Shown: one piece after another, positions 38,849-49,724 of the stretch
Layout: every line of letters starts with the position of its first letter
How positions within the stretch are numbered: position 1 is the stretch's first letter
Virus record (IMG/VR): IMGVR_UViG_3300023049_000574
Coordinates: 32,001-96,000 of that record
Source: a virus
DNA length: 64,000 bases
Strand: one strand, 5' to 3'
The notes under the pieces: generated by a model
Seen by the model: the letters and a program-made list of their open reading frames with translations, nothing else
Told to the model about the DNA's origin: nothing
The model's database searches: none
Program-made: the position numbers and the translations under genes

Positions 38849-40468
38849 ATGGGACATTATTCACATAGTTGTCAGCTCAGTGGGCTACCTATCACAGATA
38901 ACGAAAAGGTATATTTTCAAATACTAATAAACAACGTATATTATAAATATACTGAAAATGGATACGGTAAATCTAATATAATTTCAAACGATACAACAAG
39001 GCTAAAATTTAATCCATTCGCATTGCCCATTAAAGGTGAGTATAATGGATACGGTAGATTAGAGAATATAGAAGAAGATGAAAATACTAAAATACTAGAA
39101 AAGTATTTTGGGATGCCTATTAAAGAAATAACAGACATCATCTGCTCAAACAGAAAAGATGATGGTTATGACGATATATTAAAGAAACTGAAAACCAATC
39201 CTGAACATGAATATGGGGATAATGTAAAATATAAAGAAGAGTATAAAGAAATCCTATCCTTATCGGCTACTTGGTTTAGAAAAGATGTAGTTGATAAACT
39301 AAATAATAGAAAAAGAGAATATCTTGAGTACCAAATAGGAGAGCCTTATATAGTAGAATACTTAGGGTTTAAACATAAACAAGAAGATACCTATGAAAAA
39401 GATGGAATAGAGCTAATGTGTGGTACATATATAATAGAAACCGAGAAAGGCACACTTTATGATATTAGTAATCTACAACAATATTTGAAGAATAAAAGAA
39501 TTGACACCAACGGAAAGATGGACGAATTAATGGAAATGGATTCTATTGATATATTCTACAATTTCGGTGTGAAAAATATGATAGATTATGAAAACTTTAC
39601 AGAGGAACAAAAAAAGAAGGCTTTAGCTATAATCGAAAAAACATATCCTACTATGTACAAGGTAATAAAAGAAACGGATGGGGATATTATAGATATAATC
39701 AAGAGTATTATGTTATCAGGAGGTAATAATGAATTTGATCATTTTATCCTAAAGTATCAGAATTATGAATCTCCTCTTTATTCTAAGTATGTATCTGTTG
39801 CTAAGAAAGGAGAATTAAAAGAATTAGTTAGGTCTAATAGAACGATAAGTAATTATTTATATGTTACAGGTAGATATTATGACTACGTAGGTACATCGCC
39901 ACAAGATGGTGATTTCGACGAAGTTCAGAACCTATTGAAAGTTTCTTTAGAACTTAATATTAATAAGTATGAAGATAGAGAAGCGGGCGATGTAGATTAC
40001 AATGGTTATGATAACCAATTCCTAAAAGTATCCTGTAAGAAAGGATATCTTAGTGTTATTGAAGACCACTATGAAGAGAATGATTTCGATGTTGAATTAT
40101 TTCGAGTTTTATCAGATCAATCTATATTATATGACCAAGTAGAGATACTTGAGTTCCTTTTTCGGTTAGTATCAACAGAGGGTCACGTGAGTAATTCTTT
40201 CCGTATAGCAGTGGAAAATAATGCTAAGAAGTGTATTGATTTTATAATGAGCCATAATAAGTTCATAAACGAACATATAACCGATAGATTAGTAATTGCT
40301 CATAAAAATGAAGAAGTTTTAATTCGATTATTAAATCACCCTGAGTTTGATTTAGATAAAATAGATTTTGAAGGTTATTATTTGAAACATAATGAGGTAA
40401 CTAAAGTAAGTTTATCGGGTATAATTGCTGATATTAGGGATCAAAAAATAGACGAAATATTATCATAA
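38849..40468 (+). CDS. Hypothetical protein with ankyrin-like C-half and C-terminal tag (IRDQKIDEIL)
   Basis: MGHYSHSCQLSGLPI, LPIKGEYNGYG N-domain; motif at end. Confidence 0.7.
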   Translation: MGHYSHSCQLSGLPITDNEKVYFQILINNVYYKYTENGYGKSNIISNDTTRLKFNPFALPIKGEYNGYGRLENIEEDENTKILEKYFGMPIKEITDIICSNRKDDGYDDILKKLKTNPEHEYGDNVKYKEEYKEILSLSATWFRKDVVDKLNNRKREYLEYQIGEPYIVEYLGFKHKQEDTYEKDGIELMCGTYIIETEKGTLYDISNLQQYLKNKRIDTNGKMDELMEMDSIDIFYNFGVKNMIDYENFTEEQKKKALAIIEKTYPTMYKVIKETDGDIIDIIKSIMLSGGNNEFDHFILKYQNYESPLYSKYVSVAKKGELKELVRSNRTISNYLYVTGRYYDYVGTSPQDGDFDEVQNLLKVSLELNINKYEDREAGDVDYNGYDNQFLKVSCKKGYLSVIEDHYEENDFDVELFRVLSDQSILYDQVEILEFLFRLVSTEGHVSNSFRIAVENNAKKCIDFIMSHNKFINEHITDRLVIAHKNEEVLIRLLNHPEFDLDKIDFEGYYLKHNEVTKVSLSGIIADIRDQKIDEILS

Positions 40469-40569
40469 AACTTTATTTGATAAGCGAATAAAAAAAAGAT
40501 ATAAAATAATTGACGATTTAATTTAATAAACAAGAATTCATTCTTATATTTGTACAAAATAAAAAATAA

Positions 40570-41160
40570 ATGAACACTAGTAAAGAAGAATTCATAGTAT
40601 TAAGACCTGATAATGAAGAAGTATCACAGGAAAAGTTATTTGAGGTGATTGATGAATTTAGGAAAAATGCTGATGAGATCAAAGAGCTGAGTAAAACAAA
40701 TGATGCTAATAAAGCGTTATTAAAACAGATAGGTACTGATGCTTATTTAGAAGAATATAAATTGAGATCTGAAAACCCTGGTTCTGTTATCATTGAAGCT
40801 ATAAAGGACAATAATGTTAAGAGTTTCATGTTTATTCCGAAAGACCAATATCTTCAAATTAAAAGTAAGATGCATGTAGATGATCTTAAAGAAAAATATG
40901 GTGAAGATATTATAGAGAGTTCTAAATCTTATACTTTTAACACAAAATTATTCGAAAAATATAGAACCATATTTGAGCAATTTATTGAGGATTCATTTGA
41001 GATAGAGGAAGAAGATAAGAAGGAACTTATCAAAGAACAAGAAAAATTTTCCATAAAAAAGGGAACAATTGAAGAGATTTCGCATATAAGCTTAGACACG
41101 GGTGAAGAGATCGAAGAAATCTTCGAACAAATTAGTGTCGTAAACAACATAAAAGTATAA
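40570..41160 (+). CDS. Hypothetical acidic protein, co-transcribed with ClpC
   Basis: Host-type promoter at 40545. Confidence 0.7.
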   Translation: MNTSKEEFIVLRPDNEEVSQEKLFEVIDEFRKNADEIKELSKTNDANKALLKQIGTDAYLEEYKLRSENPGSVIIEAIKDNNVKSFMFIPKDQYLQIKSKMHVDDLKEKYGEDIIESSKSYTFNTKLFEKYRTIFEQFIEDSFEIEEEDKKELIKEQEKFSIKKGTIEEISHISLDTGEEIEEIFEQISVVNNIKV

Positions 41161-41176
41161 AAATTAATAATTAAAC

Positions 41177-43273
41177 ATGAATAATATGAAAGATCAAAAC
41201 TTAGAAATTTCGAATTCATCAGCAACTCCTGATGAAGACAACCCGAATGACGACAACAACAGAGGTGGAAAGGATAATAAGAAACGAAAGGAAAGCACAA
41301 CTCCTGTTTTAGATCAGTTTGGAAGAAATATTTCTGAGATGGTTGAAGATGGTAAAATCGATCCTATCATCGGTAGAGATAAGGAAGTCGAAAGGGTTTC
41401 TCAAATTCTTAGTAGAAAGAAGAAAAACAATCCTATTTTGATAGGTGAACCAGGTACAGGTAAATCTGCAATTGCGGAAGCATTAGCACTTAGAATTTAC
41501 CACAAGAAAGTATCTCGTGCTTTGTTTGATAAGATAATTATCAACTTAGATCTTGGTTCTTTAGTTGCAGGTACTAAATATCGTGGACAATTCGAAGAAA
41601 GAATGAAAGCCGTTATCGATGAATTAACAGCAAATGATCACATCATTTTGTTTATCGATGAAATCCACACTATTGTTGGTGCGGGTGGCACATCAGGTAG
41701 CTTAGATGCTGCTAATATGATTAAGCCTGCTTTAGCAAGGGGTGAGCTACAATGTATTGGTGCAACTACTTTGGACGAGTACAGAGAGAACATCGAAAAA
41801 GATGGCGCACTAGTAAGACGTTTCCAAAAAGTAATGATCGAGCCTACTTCGGAAGAAGACACAATAGAAATTTTACGTTCTATTAAAGAAGTGTATGAAA
41901 ATCACCACAATGTAAATTATACAGATGATGCAATTGATGCTTGTGTTACATTGACTTCTAGATATATTACAGATAGGTTTCTTCCCGACAAGGCTATTGA
42001 TGCAATGGATGAATCAGGTAGCAGAGTGAATATCTCTAATATCGAAGTTCCTGAAAAAATCACAACTTTAGAAGAAAAGATTGCGGAACTTAACGTGGAG
42101 AAGAAAACTGTTATCAAGCAGCAACAATATGAGAAGGCTGCTAAGATCAGAGATATGGAAAGAGAACTCCAAGATGAACTCCAAGTTGCTAAAGATGAAT
42201 GGGAAGATGAAATGAAAAAGAACAAGAAGACAGTAAGTGCTTCTGATGTTGCCGAAGTAGTTTCTATGATAACAGGAATTCCTGTTACTAAAGTTGACTC
42301 CGCAGAGGGTTCTAACTTAGCAAATCTTGATCAAACTATCATTGATAAAGTGATTGGTCAGGACGATGCGGTAAGAAAAGTAGTGAAAGCTATTAAGAGA
42401 AACCGTGCGGGTCTTAAAGATCCAAACAAGCCTGTGGGATCATTTATCTTCTTAGGTGCTTCAGGTGTTGGTAAAACACAGCTTTGTAAAGTTATCGCTG
42501 AGAATATGTTCGAAGGTGTTGAAAGCTTAGTGCGTGTGGATATGAGTGAGTATATGGAAAAATTCTCTGTAAACAAACTTATCGGTTCACCTCCTGGTTA
42601 TGTTGGACACGACGAAGGTGGTAGATTAACAGAAGCAATCAGAAGAAAGCCTTATAGTGTTATACTATTGGATGAAATTGAGAAAGCTCACCCTGACATC
42701 TTTAACTTACTTCTCCAAGTATTGGATGAGGGACACTTAACTGATGGTCTTGGTAGAAAAGTAGATTTCAAAAACACGATTATCATTATGACCTCTAACG
42801 TAGGTGTGAGAAAAATCGCTGATTTTGGTGCAGGTGTTGGTTTCCAAACCACTAGCAGATCTTCTCAAAAAGATAAGAACAACAGAAGTGTTCTTGAAAA
42901 AGAAATGAAGAAGAAGTTTGCTCCTGAGTTCTTAAATCGTGTTGATGACATCATAGTATTCAATAACTTGAAGAAAGAGGATATCAATAAGATTGTAGAA
43001 ATCGAACTTCGTATTCTTGAAAAAAGAATCAACAAATTAGGCTTTGATATCACAGTACGTAAAAAAGCAATTGAATTCATCTCAAATGAAGGATTCAACC
43101 CCGAATATGGTGTTAGACCGCTTAAAAGGGCTATTCAGCGTTATGTTGAAGACCCTATTGCAGAACAAATGGTGGATGATCCATCAGTTCAAAGTGGTAA
43201 GATCACTATAACCCACAACAAGGGAGATGACGAATTGACTGTTACCCTAAAGGGTAAGAAAGTTAATAGCTAA
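41177..43273 (+). CDS. clpC: ClpC-type AAA+ chaperone/protease ATPase lacking Clp N-domain
   Basis: DPIIGR, GEPGTGKS, FIDEIH, GATTLDEY, LPDKAID, UVR M-domain, GASGVGKT, PPGYVG, LLDEIEKAH, GVGF (ClpP-docking loop). Confidence 0.95.
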   Translation: MNNMKDQNLEISNSSATPDEDNPNDDNNRGGKDNKKRKESTTPVLDQFGRNISEMVEDGKIDPIIGRDKEVERVSQILSRKKKNNPILIGEPGTGKSAIAEALALRIYHKKVSRALFDKIIINLDLGSLVAGTKYRGQFEERMKAVIDELTANDHIILFIDEIHTIVGAGGTSGSLDAANMIKPALARGELQCIGATTLDEYRENIEKDGALVRRFQKVMIEPTSEEDTIEILRSIKEVYENHHNVNYTDDAIDACVTLTSRYITDRFLPDKAIDAMDESGSRVNISNIEVPEKITTLEEKIAELNVEKKTVIKQQQYEKAAKIRDMERELQDELQVAKDEWEDEMKKNKKTVSASDVAEVVSMITGIPVTKVDSAEGSNLANLDQTIIDKVIGQDDAVRKVVKAIKRNRAGLKDPNKPVGSFIFLGASGVGKTQLCKVIAENMFEGVESLVRVDMSEYMEKFSVNKLIGSPPGYVGHDEGGRLTEAIRRKPYSVILLDEIEKAHPDIFNLLLQVLDEGHLTDGLGRKVDFKNTIIIMTSNVGVRKIADFGAGVGFQTTSRSSQKDKNNRSVLEKEMKKKFAPEFLNRVDDIIVFNNLKKEDINKIVEIELRILEKRINKLGFDITVRKKAIEFISNEGFNPEYGVRPLKRAIQRYVEDPIAEQMVDDPSVQSGKITITHNKGDDELTVTLKGKKVNS

Positions 43274-43303
43274 CCCTAGTTGTTTTTAGTTCATGTTGTT
43301 TTT

Positions 43304-43332
43304 AAAGGCACTCCTTCGGGGGTGTCTTTTTT
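43304..43332 (+). terminator. Rho-independent terminator after clpC
   Basis: aaaggcactcc-TTCG-ggggtgtcttt followed by T-run. Confidence 0.85.
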
Positions 43333-43346
43333 GTTATATATATGAC

Positions 43347-43793
43347 ATGAAATATCTAAAAAACAGAAAAAAAACATTATTAATAAGTGCTTTCCCAGGT
43401 TGTGGTAAATCACATTTTTATAACAACTGTAAACATTTAAAAGTATTAGACTCTGATAGCTCCACTTTTGATAAAGAACACTTCCCACAGAACTACATGG
43501 ATCACATAAGAGATAATATAGACAAAGTTGATATAATACTAATCAGTAGCCATAAAGAAGTTAGAGACGTTTTAAAAGAAAATGAATTTGATTTCACTTT
43601 AGTGTACCCTGATAAAGATATAAAAGAAGAATATATTGGTCGTTACAAAGAGAGAGGAAACGATGATGCTTTTGTTAAACTCTTAGAAAATAATTGGGAT
43701 AATTGGATAAATGAAATAGAATCTGAGGATGGTTACCAAAAGATAGTTTTAAGTAACGGTGAATATTTATCAGATAAAATCGACATCGGCTAA
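43347..43793 (+). CDS. P-loop NTPase/kinase-like protein
   Basis: ISAFPGCGKS, DSDSS, RYKERGN; likely start ATG 43347. Confidence 0.7.
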   Translation: MKYLKNRKKTLLISAFPGCGKSHFYNNCKHLKVLDSDSSTFDKEHFPQNYMDHIRDNIDKVDIILISSHKEVRDVLKENEFDFTLVYPDKDIKEEYIGRYKERGNDDAFVKLLENNWDNWINEIESEDGYQKIVLSNGEYLSDKIDIG

Positions 43794-44147
43794 ACTTATT
43801 TTACTAGGATCTATTTTAGTAGTAACTACCCATTCATACTCTACTGAAACTATTATATCTAGATAGTTAATATCGGTTATATCTACTTTAAGTAATACTT
43901 CATCGTAGTCTTCATCATATTCTTCTTCCCACTCTTCTATTCTCTCACCCATCCATTGCGCTAATGCGCTCTTAACATCCTCTAAAGTTTTAAATAAATA
44001 AACACCTTCTATATCACCTTCTTCGCCATAATCTTTGGGTACTTTTGAGACAAGACCTTCTTCCATAATTTTTTTTAGATTCTTTCTCCTAGTAATATGG
44101 TAGCCATATTTTTTATCACTAGACTCAAATAATTTAATATATTTCAT
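43770..44147 (-). CDS. Small ART-fold (KptA/DUF952-like) protein with CTS-like N-terminus (MKYIKLFES)
   Basis: YHIT..NL..I.EEGL, GVYLF, EW....I.P..I. Confidence 0.6.
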   Translation of the reverse strand: MKYIKLFESSDKKYGYHITRRKNLKKIMEEGLVSKVPKDYGEEGDIEGVYLFKTLEDVKSALAQWMGERIEEWEEEYDEDYDEVLLKVDITDINYLDIIVSVEYEWVVTTKIDPSKISLADVDFI

Positions 44148-44194
44148 ATACTATATATATTAATTTAATATATAAGGTAAATAAATAAAAACCA

Positions 44195-44926
44195 ATGGGG
44201 AGCTATAAAACCTTATTTATATCCGACATACACTTGGGTACAAGCTTAGCACAAGCTGATAAACTTATTGATTTTTTACAAAAAAACACCTTTGAGAAAA
44301 TATATTTAGTGGGTGATATTATAGATATGATCGCTATGAAAAGAAAATTTTATTGGAAAAAGAAACATAATAAATCGATACAAGAACTTCTTAAGTTAAG
44401 CAAGAAATCCGAAGTAGTTTATATTATAGGAAATCATGATATATATTTAGAAAGTTTTGTAAATGAAAAGTTTGGTAATATATTGATAAAGGAAAGGGAT
44501 GTACATATTACAGAAAGGGGAGAAAAGTGTTTAGTAATACATGGACATCAGTTTGATGGAGCAATAATGACTTACACGTGGTTATATTTAATCGGATCTA
44601 AAGCATATGATATTTCTATATACCTGAGTAACTTAGTTACAAAAATAAGAAGACTGCTAGGGTTAAGCCATTGGTCACTCTCTATGTATTTAAAAGCAAA
44701 GACTAAAAGTGCTATAAAGTTTATTAACAATTTTGAATATATTGTAGCCGAATACGCATTAGAACAAGGTGTTGATACGGTTATAGCAGGACATATCCAC
44801 ATGAAAGAAGACAAAGTATTTAAACTCGATAAAGAGGTTAGATATCTAAATTGTGGTTGTTTCACCGAGTTCACTTCTTGTGTTATCGAAACCTTAGATG
44901 GGGAGCTAAGATTAATAGACGTATGA
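44195..44926 (+). CDS. UDP-2,3-diacylglucosamine hydrolase-like (LpxH/YbbF) metallophosphoesterase
   Basis: ISDIHLG, VGDIID, GNHD, HGHQFD, WSLS.YLK, GHIH, YLNCG. Confidence 0.85.
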   Translation: MGSYKTLFISDIHLGTSLAQADKLIDFLQKNTFEKIYLVGDIIDMIAMKRKFYWKKKHNKSIQELLKLSKKSEVVYIIGNHDIYLESFVNEKFGNILIKERDVHITERGEKCLVIHGHQFDGAIMTYTWLYLIGSKAYDISIYLSNLVTKIRRLLGLSHWSLSMYLKAKTKSAIKFINNFEYIVAEYALEQGVDTVIAGHIHMKEDKVFKLDKEVRYLNCGCFTEFTSCVIETLDGELRLIDV

Positions 44927-45789
44927 AAACACTATTAATAATACAAGGAGAGGGAAGGGGTCATATATCACAAGCAATAGCTTATTGTGATAAATACGAT
45001 ATAGAAGTCAGTAAGGTAATTATATCTGATCAGAGAGAGATACCTAATGAGTTTTTGGATAAATTCAACAATGTTGATATAATAAAGCTGACTTCACTTA
45101 ATTTTCAATACGAAAGGGGTAAGGTAAGTTTAAGTAAGACTATAATATATAATATAAAGATCTTTCCTATATATCTTAAAAGTTTATATAGGACATATAA
45201 AGAAATGAAAGGGATGGATTTTGTTTTAAATTTCTATGAAATATTATCAATTGTTTCTATTTTCAGAAGAGTTAAGAAACATAGTATATCAAATCAATAT
45301 TTAATATTTCATTTACTATGGGAAAAAGAAATAACTTTATTTTTCTTACTAGTGTATTTTTGGACATATTTAACCAAATTCGGCTCAGAAATAATGATAG
45401 CTCCTTGTTTTAAATATTTACCTAGTTATAAAGATTTACAAGTAACTAAACCACTTATCAACAAAGATGTTGAGAAACTAAGACCAAACAAAGGGAATAG
45501 AATATTAGTTTATTTATTCGATAAGAACTTAATTGAGAAGTTTGTTGATCAAATAGACCCAAAAGAAGAATATGACTTATTTATAGAATCAACTGATTAT
45601 GGATTTCCACCCAATGTAGAAGTATATGATCTGAGTAGAAAATATTTCTTAAATAAATTAGAAAGTTGTAAGAAAGTGATTTGTTCAGGTGGTTTCCAAT
45701 TAATATCAGAAGCTAAGTATTTAAACAAAGAGGTAGAAGTTATACCACTTCATTATGAACAAAGGATGAATCAATTGAATTTAGGTTAA
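44923..45789 (+). CDS. Glycosyltransferase (MJ1255/VC2487-like, GT-B)
   Basis: QGEGRGH, NFYE, GGFQLISEAKYL.K, EQRMN; likely start ATG 44923. Confidence 0.8.
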   Translation: MKTLLIIQGEGRGHISQAIAYCDKYDIEVSKVIISDQREIPNEFLDKFNNVDIIKLTSLNFQYERGKVSLSKTIIYNIKIFPIYLKSLYRTYKEMKGMDFVLNFYEILSIVSIFRRVKKHSISNQYLIFHLLWEKEITLFFLLVYFWTYLTKFGSEIMIAPCFKYLPSYKDLQVTKPLINKDVEKLRPNKGNRILVYLFDKNLIEKFVDQIDPKEEYDLFIESTDYGFPPNVEVYDLSRKYFLNKLESCKKVICSGGFQLISEAKYLNKEVEVIPLHYEQRMNQLNLG

Positions 45790-46421
45790 TAAAAATCATA
45801 ACTATCAGCATCTCCATAAATAGTATCCCCATTAACATAGTCATCTTCACCAATGCCTAATTTTTTCTTTATATTCACGAAATCTACATAATCTTTATCT
45901 CTTTTATAAGATAGTTTATATTTTAAAGTATCATAATAATGGGTATGTAAAATACCATCTATTTCGATAGATTTCTTAATTTGGAATATATCCAACTTTT
46001 TCTTTTTGTGTTTAACTTTAATTCTCTTTTCTACGTTATCGTCTTTTTGGTCATAGTCATCGCTATTCCCATGAACAATATTATCATTTCTAATAATCCC
46101 GCTTTCTTTAGCAATATCAAGTTTGTGAATGACATCAACATCACCTGAGGGTCTATCTAATAATCCATATATTCTTAAAACATGACTACTTGTTACGACA
46201 ATCCCATCTTTAGATAGTTCTCTTAAATATATAATTTCTTTTTCGGGAAGTCTGTTAATATCAGCTTTGATATCATCATCATAAAAGATCCTTATTTTAA
46301 GATCTCTCAAAAATGCTTTTAGATCGGTGTCTGTATATTTTTTGACATTCTTTGGTTTTGGTATATGTTCAACCAATTTACCAAATATATAATCTATAGA
46401 CTTTATTAAAAATTTATTCAT
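45786..46421 (-). CDS. Putative nucleotidyltransferase-fold protein
   Basis: VTSSHVLRIYGLLDRPSGDVDV ... KLSYKRDKDYVD. Confidence 0.55.
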   Translation of the reverse strand: MNKFLIKSIDYIFGKLVEHIPKPKNVKKYTDTDLKAFLRDLKIRIFYDDDIKADINRLPEKEIIYLRELSKDGIVVTSSHVLRIYGLLDRPSGDVDVIHKLDIAKESGIIRNDNIVHGNSDDYDQKDDNVEKRIKVKHKKKKLDIFQIKKSIEIDGILHTHYYDTLKYKLSYKRDKDYVDFVNIKKKLGIGEDDYVNGDTIYGDADSYDFY

Positions 46422-46483
46422 AATACAAACTTAATAGAAAATAACTACTTTTTATATATAGTGTAACAAAAAAGTTTTAAGAC

Positions 46484-49400
46484 ATGCAAAATTCGTTTAT
46501 ATCCATATCTGAACAGATCGTAAATTACAATAATAATGTATTAGATCTGCTTTCACAATTAAATTCTGTTTTCGTTTCATCCAATGAAAGTGTACAAGTA
46601 AATTTCACTGATGAAAACAGAAACTTAGCAACATATGATGTTCCATCTTGGGGATATCTACAAAGAGAGATCCAAAGAATGAACACTAATATAAATACTC
46701 TTTTCGCAATAGATGAAAATGGCGCAGAAATACAAACTGCTGAAAACGTATGGAGAAAGATAGTATTAGTAGATTTAAACGAAGAGCCAAATCAAATCCA
46801 ATCATTAGATAATATCAACGTATTTGAATCAAGAAGAAATCACTTTTTTGATGCTTTATTAAATCCTAGTTTAACCATAAGACTTGACTTAACGGATAAA
46901 GTTCAGTCTAATGTAAGACAAGTTTTAGTAAGAAGATACATAGTAAATTTTGACAAAAATCCTGATGGGTCTTTTACTAACAACGGACAAGTGGGATTAG
47001 ATAGTTTTAATTCTCAATTCAGAGGACAGAATGATATAAACTTTGGGGATTTCTTAGAGTGGTATGAAACTACGCCAGGTGTGAGTAACCCAACTACTCC
47101 ATATTTTGATCAAGAAACGTTTGATTTAGATCCTAACCAACCTTTATATGATGGTATATTCACAGTATTCAATACACAAGAAGATACTATTAACAAAAAA
47201 CTTTTCTATGTTTTCAACACAATCAATTATACGATTACGACAACAGGTGAAGAAAGGGAATTAGTAGTGGGTGATAGGCTTGTAATTAATCGTGAAAAGA
47301 CAAATACTATTTATGAAATTGACGAAGTATCTAAAGCAGATACTAATCCAAAATTAGTTCTTAGAAGAATCCAAGGTAATGAAATAGTGCCTATCGGTGA
47401 GGGAACGATGAAGGCTTACGGTCCTAGCACGGAGACAAAAACATTAAACGTTACAATTGGATATAATGAAAGAAACGTAATTTTTGTTAAACCTATTAAT
47501 GCTGAAAGTTATGTAATAGCTAAAAATTGGTCATCAGGTGTAGGATACTATACCAATGATCTTAATTTAAGTAGTAATAATAGTGATAATGGTAAGACAA
47601 TGGATGAATACTATACTAATAAAGTTAGTGATTATGGACTTGCTATTAAGGATTTAGTTCAAACTAAAACACCATTAGAACTTGGTAGGTTACCAAACAG
47701 AACCGTCTTATTAACAGACAACTTTAAGGTAGTTCAGATCAACAAACATTTAACAAACAATTTAGATAAAAAAGAAATAACTAATAGATTCAATCAAATG
47801 AACACTCTTAAAAATGAGTTAAACCAAATTGATAAATCAATAAGTAATAAAATGACAAAAATGAGGGTCGCTACTTTCAAATCAGATAACGAAAGAAGAA
47901 CTGCTGAAAGAGAGTTGAATGACTTAACTCAGAGAAAATCAAATAAATCGGAATTACTAAGAAGCACATCAAACGAGATCATAACATTAAGTAATGATCC
48001 AAATAGTTTAACAAAGGCTGCTCCTAAATTTAGAGTTAGGGGGTTTTGGGATATTCCTGAACCTAGATTAGTTAGAGGAACTAGACCACAGGAAGTAGTA
48101 CAATTCAAGATACAATATAGATATCTATCTTTAGCAGGTGAGGAAAGTGCTATTGAAACTTTCAAATTACAAAATGCTGATGGAACAGATGCGAATAATG
48201 CGGTTTTCTCAAATTGGGTAACAGTATTTTCTGATGTTAGAGAGAGGGTATTTAATGAAGATACGGGAATATACGAATGGCAGATTCAGGACGTTAGCGA
48301 AGCTGATACTCCTAATATCAACCAATTAGATATACCTATACAAAGTAGCGAAAGAGTAGAGATAAGAGTTAAGTCTTTATCAGAAGTAGGGTATCCTGAG
48401 AATCCACTAGAAAGTGATTGGAGTGAGATATTTACGATTGACTTTCCTGAGGATTTATCTTCGGTAGCAGGTCAAGATGACTTCATATTAAAAGAAGCAG
48501 ATAAACAAGATACTATAGTTCAACTAAGAAGCCAACTTGGTAATGTAGATGAACATTTAAATGATCAAACAACTGTTAATGATACTACTTATTGGCATAG
48601 TACTGATACTATATTAGCACTTATACCTGATGGTAGTGGAAACCAACAATCATTATTGAATTATTTGACTGCTCTTCAAGATAGATTAACATCATTAGAA
48701 GAACAATTAAATAGAACGAGAGGTATACTTCAAGTATATGTATACAGAGGTGATGAAGCTTTCTTAGTTAAAAACGATACAGAAGTTCAATTTAATGTTG
48801 AGTGTGAAGATTACTTAGATAAATATGATGAGGATAGTACGGTTACGGGTAGAGTATATAGAAACAATGTTTATACAATTAAAGATTTCTATGTAGAGAT
48901 ACAAAACGCATCGTCATCTTCTCCGTTGGGATTACTTAGTGATAAGACATATAACACAAACAATCCTACTGTATATAACCAAAATTCACCACAGATATTT
49001 TGGGTAAATGATAGAGATGAGTTAATATTTAACACAAGTACGGGTGCTACTAGAACACAATTAGATTTCCAATACACGTGGTCAGTGAATACTGATAGCG
49101 GTAACAACAGTAACAATTCTACTAAATTAGCAGAAAATATAGGAAATCAATTTACGATAGATAGTTCTAATTCGATTACTAGTGTATTAGCATCGACTGA
49201 ATATAACATTGGATATAGTGAAAACACAATATTAGAATTTAACAATAACAATAATTCATTATTAGATCTTAATAAGTGGGTAGATGATTCACCTACTGTG
49301 AATAGTGCATCTAAGCTTCTTACGTCTGTTCACCCAAGTGTACAGAATTTAGAGGATATTGTAGAAAATAATAGCGATAAAGTTAGAACCTTTAATGCGG

Positions 49401-49702
49401 GAGATAGTTTAATATTACCTCTTAATATTTACTTTAAAATGAATGCTTTAGATCCTAACGATGGTACAGGTAAAGATTATACTTATGTAGATTTAAATAA
49501 CTTATCTACAACAACAAGACATATTAAGAGAGTTAAAATTTTATTAGAAAATGAGGCTGAAAATAAACCTTTTATATTCAGAATTCGATTCACTATTAAT
49601 AGAAATAAAGTAGTAGTTCAAAAACTTGGACAGAATAATCAGTTGAGTCAGGTGAGTCAGTTTACATTCAGACCCTTTAATCCTGGTGCGGGTGGACAAT
49701 AA
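46484..49702 (+). CDS. Large putative virion structural protein (1072 aa)
   Basis: N/T/S-rich beta regions plus central coiled coil; upstream TATATATA. Confidence 0.55.
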   Translation: MQNSFISISEQIVNYNNNVLDLLSQLNSVFVSSNESVQVNFTDENRNLATYDVPSWGYLQREIQRMNTNINTLFAIDENGAEIQTAENVWRKIVLVDLNEEPNQIQSLDNINVFESRRNHFFDALLNPSLTIRLDLTDKVQSNVRQVLVRRYIVNFDKNPDGSFTNNGQVGLDSFNSQFRGQNDINFGDFLEWYETTPGVSNPTTPYFDQETFDLDPNQPLYDGIFTVFNTQEDTINKKLFYVFNTINYTITTTGEERELVVGDRLVINREKTNTIYEIDEVSKADTNPKLVLRRIQGNEIVPIGEGTMKAYGPSTETKTLNVTIGYNERNVIFVKPINAESYVIAKNWSSGVGYYTNDLNLSSNNSDNGKTMDEYYTNKVSDYGLAIKDLVQTKTPLELGRLPNRTVLLTDNFKVVQINKHLTNNLDKKEITNRFNQMNTLKNELNQIDKSISNKMTKMRVATFKSDNERRTAERELNDLTQRKSNKSELLRSTSNEIITLSNDPNSLTKAAPKFRVRGFWDIPEPRLVRGTRPQEVVQFKIQYRYLSLAGEESAIETFKLQNADGTDANNAVFSNWVTVFSDVRERVFNEDTGIYEWQIQDVSEADTPNINQLDIPIQSSERVEIRVKSLSEVGYPENPLESDWSEIFTIDFPEDLSSVAGQDDFILKEADKQDTIVQLRSQLGNVDEHLNDQTTVNDTTYWHSTDTILALIPDGSGNQQSLLNYLTALQDRLTSLEEQLNRTRGILQVYVYRGDEAFLVKNDTEVQFNVECEDYLDKYDEDSTVTGRVYRNNVYTIKDFYVEIQNASSSSPLGLLSDKTYNTNNPTVYNQNSPQIFWVNDRDELIFNTSTGATRTQLDFQYTWSVNTDSGNNSNNSTKLAENIGNQFTIDSSNSITSVLASTEYNIGYSENTILEFNNNNNSLLDLNKWVDDSPTVNSASKLLTSVHPSVQNLEDIVENNSDKVRTFNAGDSLILPLNIYFKMNALDPNDGTGKDYTYVDLNNLSTTTRHIKRVKILLENEAENKPFIFRIRFTINRNKVVVQKLGQNNQLSQVSQFTFRPFNPGAGGQ

Positions 49703-49724
49703 ATTAAAAAAAAGATTCTAATTA

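Noticed and set aside
37569-40468. Ankyrin repeats suggesting a eukaryotic giant virus
   Set aside because: Bacterial-type IF3, bS1, ClpC, Bacteroidota promoters and overlapping operons indicate a bacteriophage.
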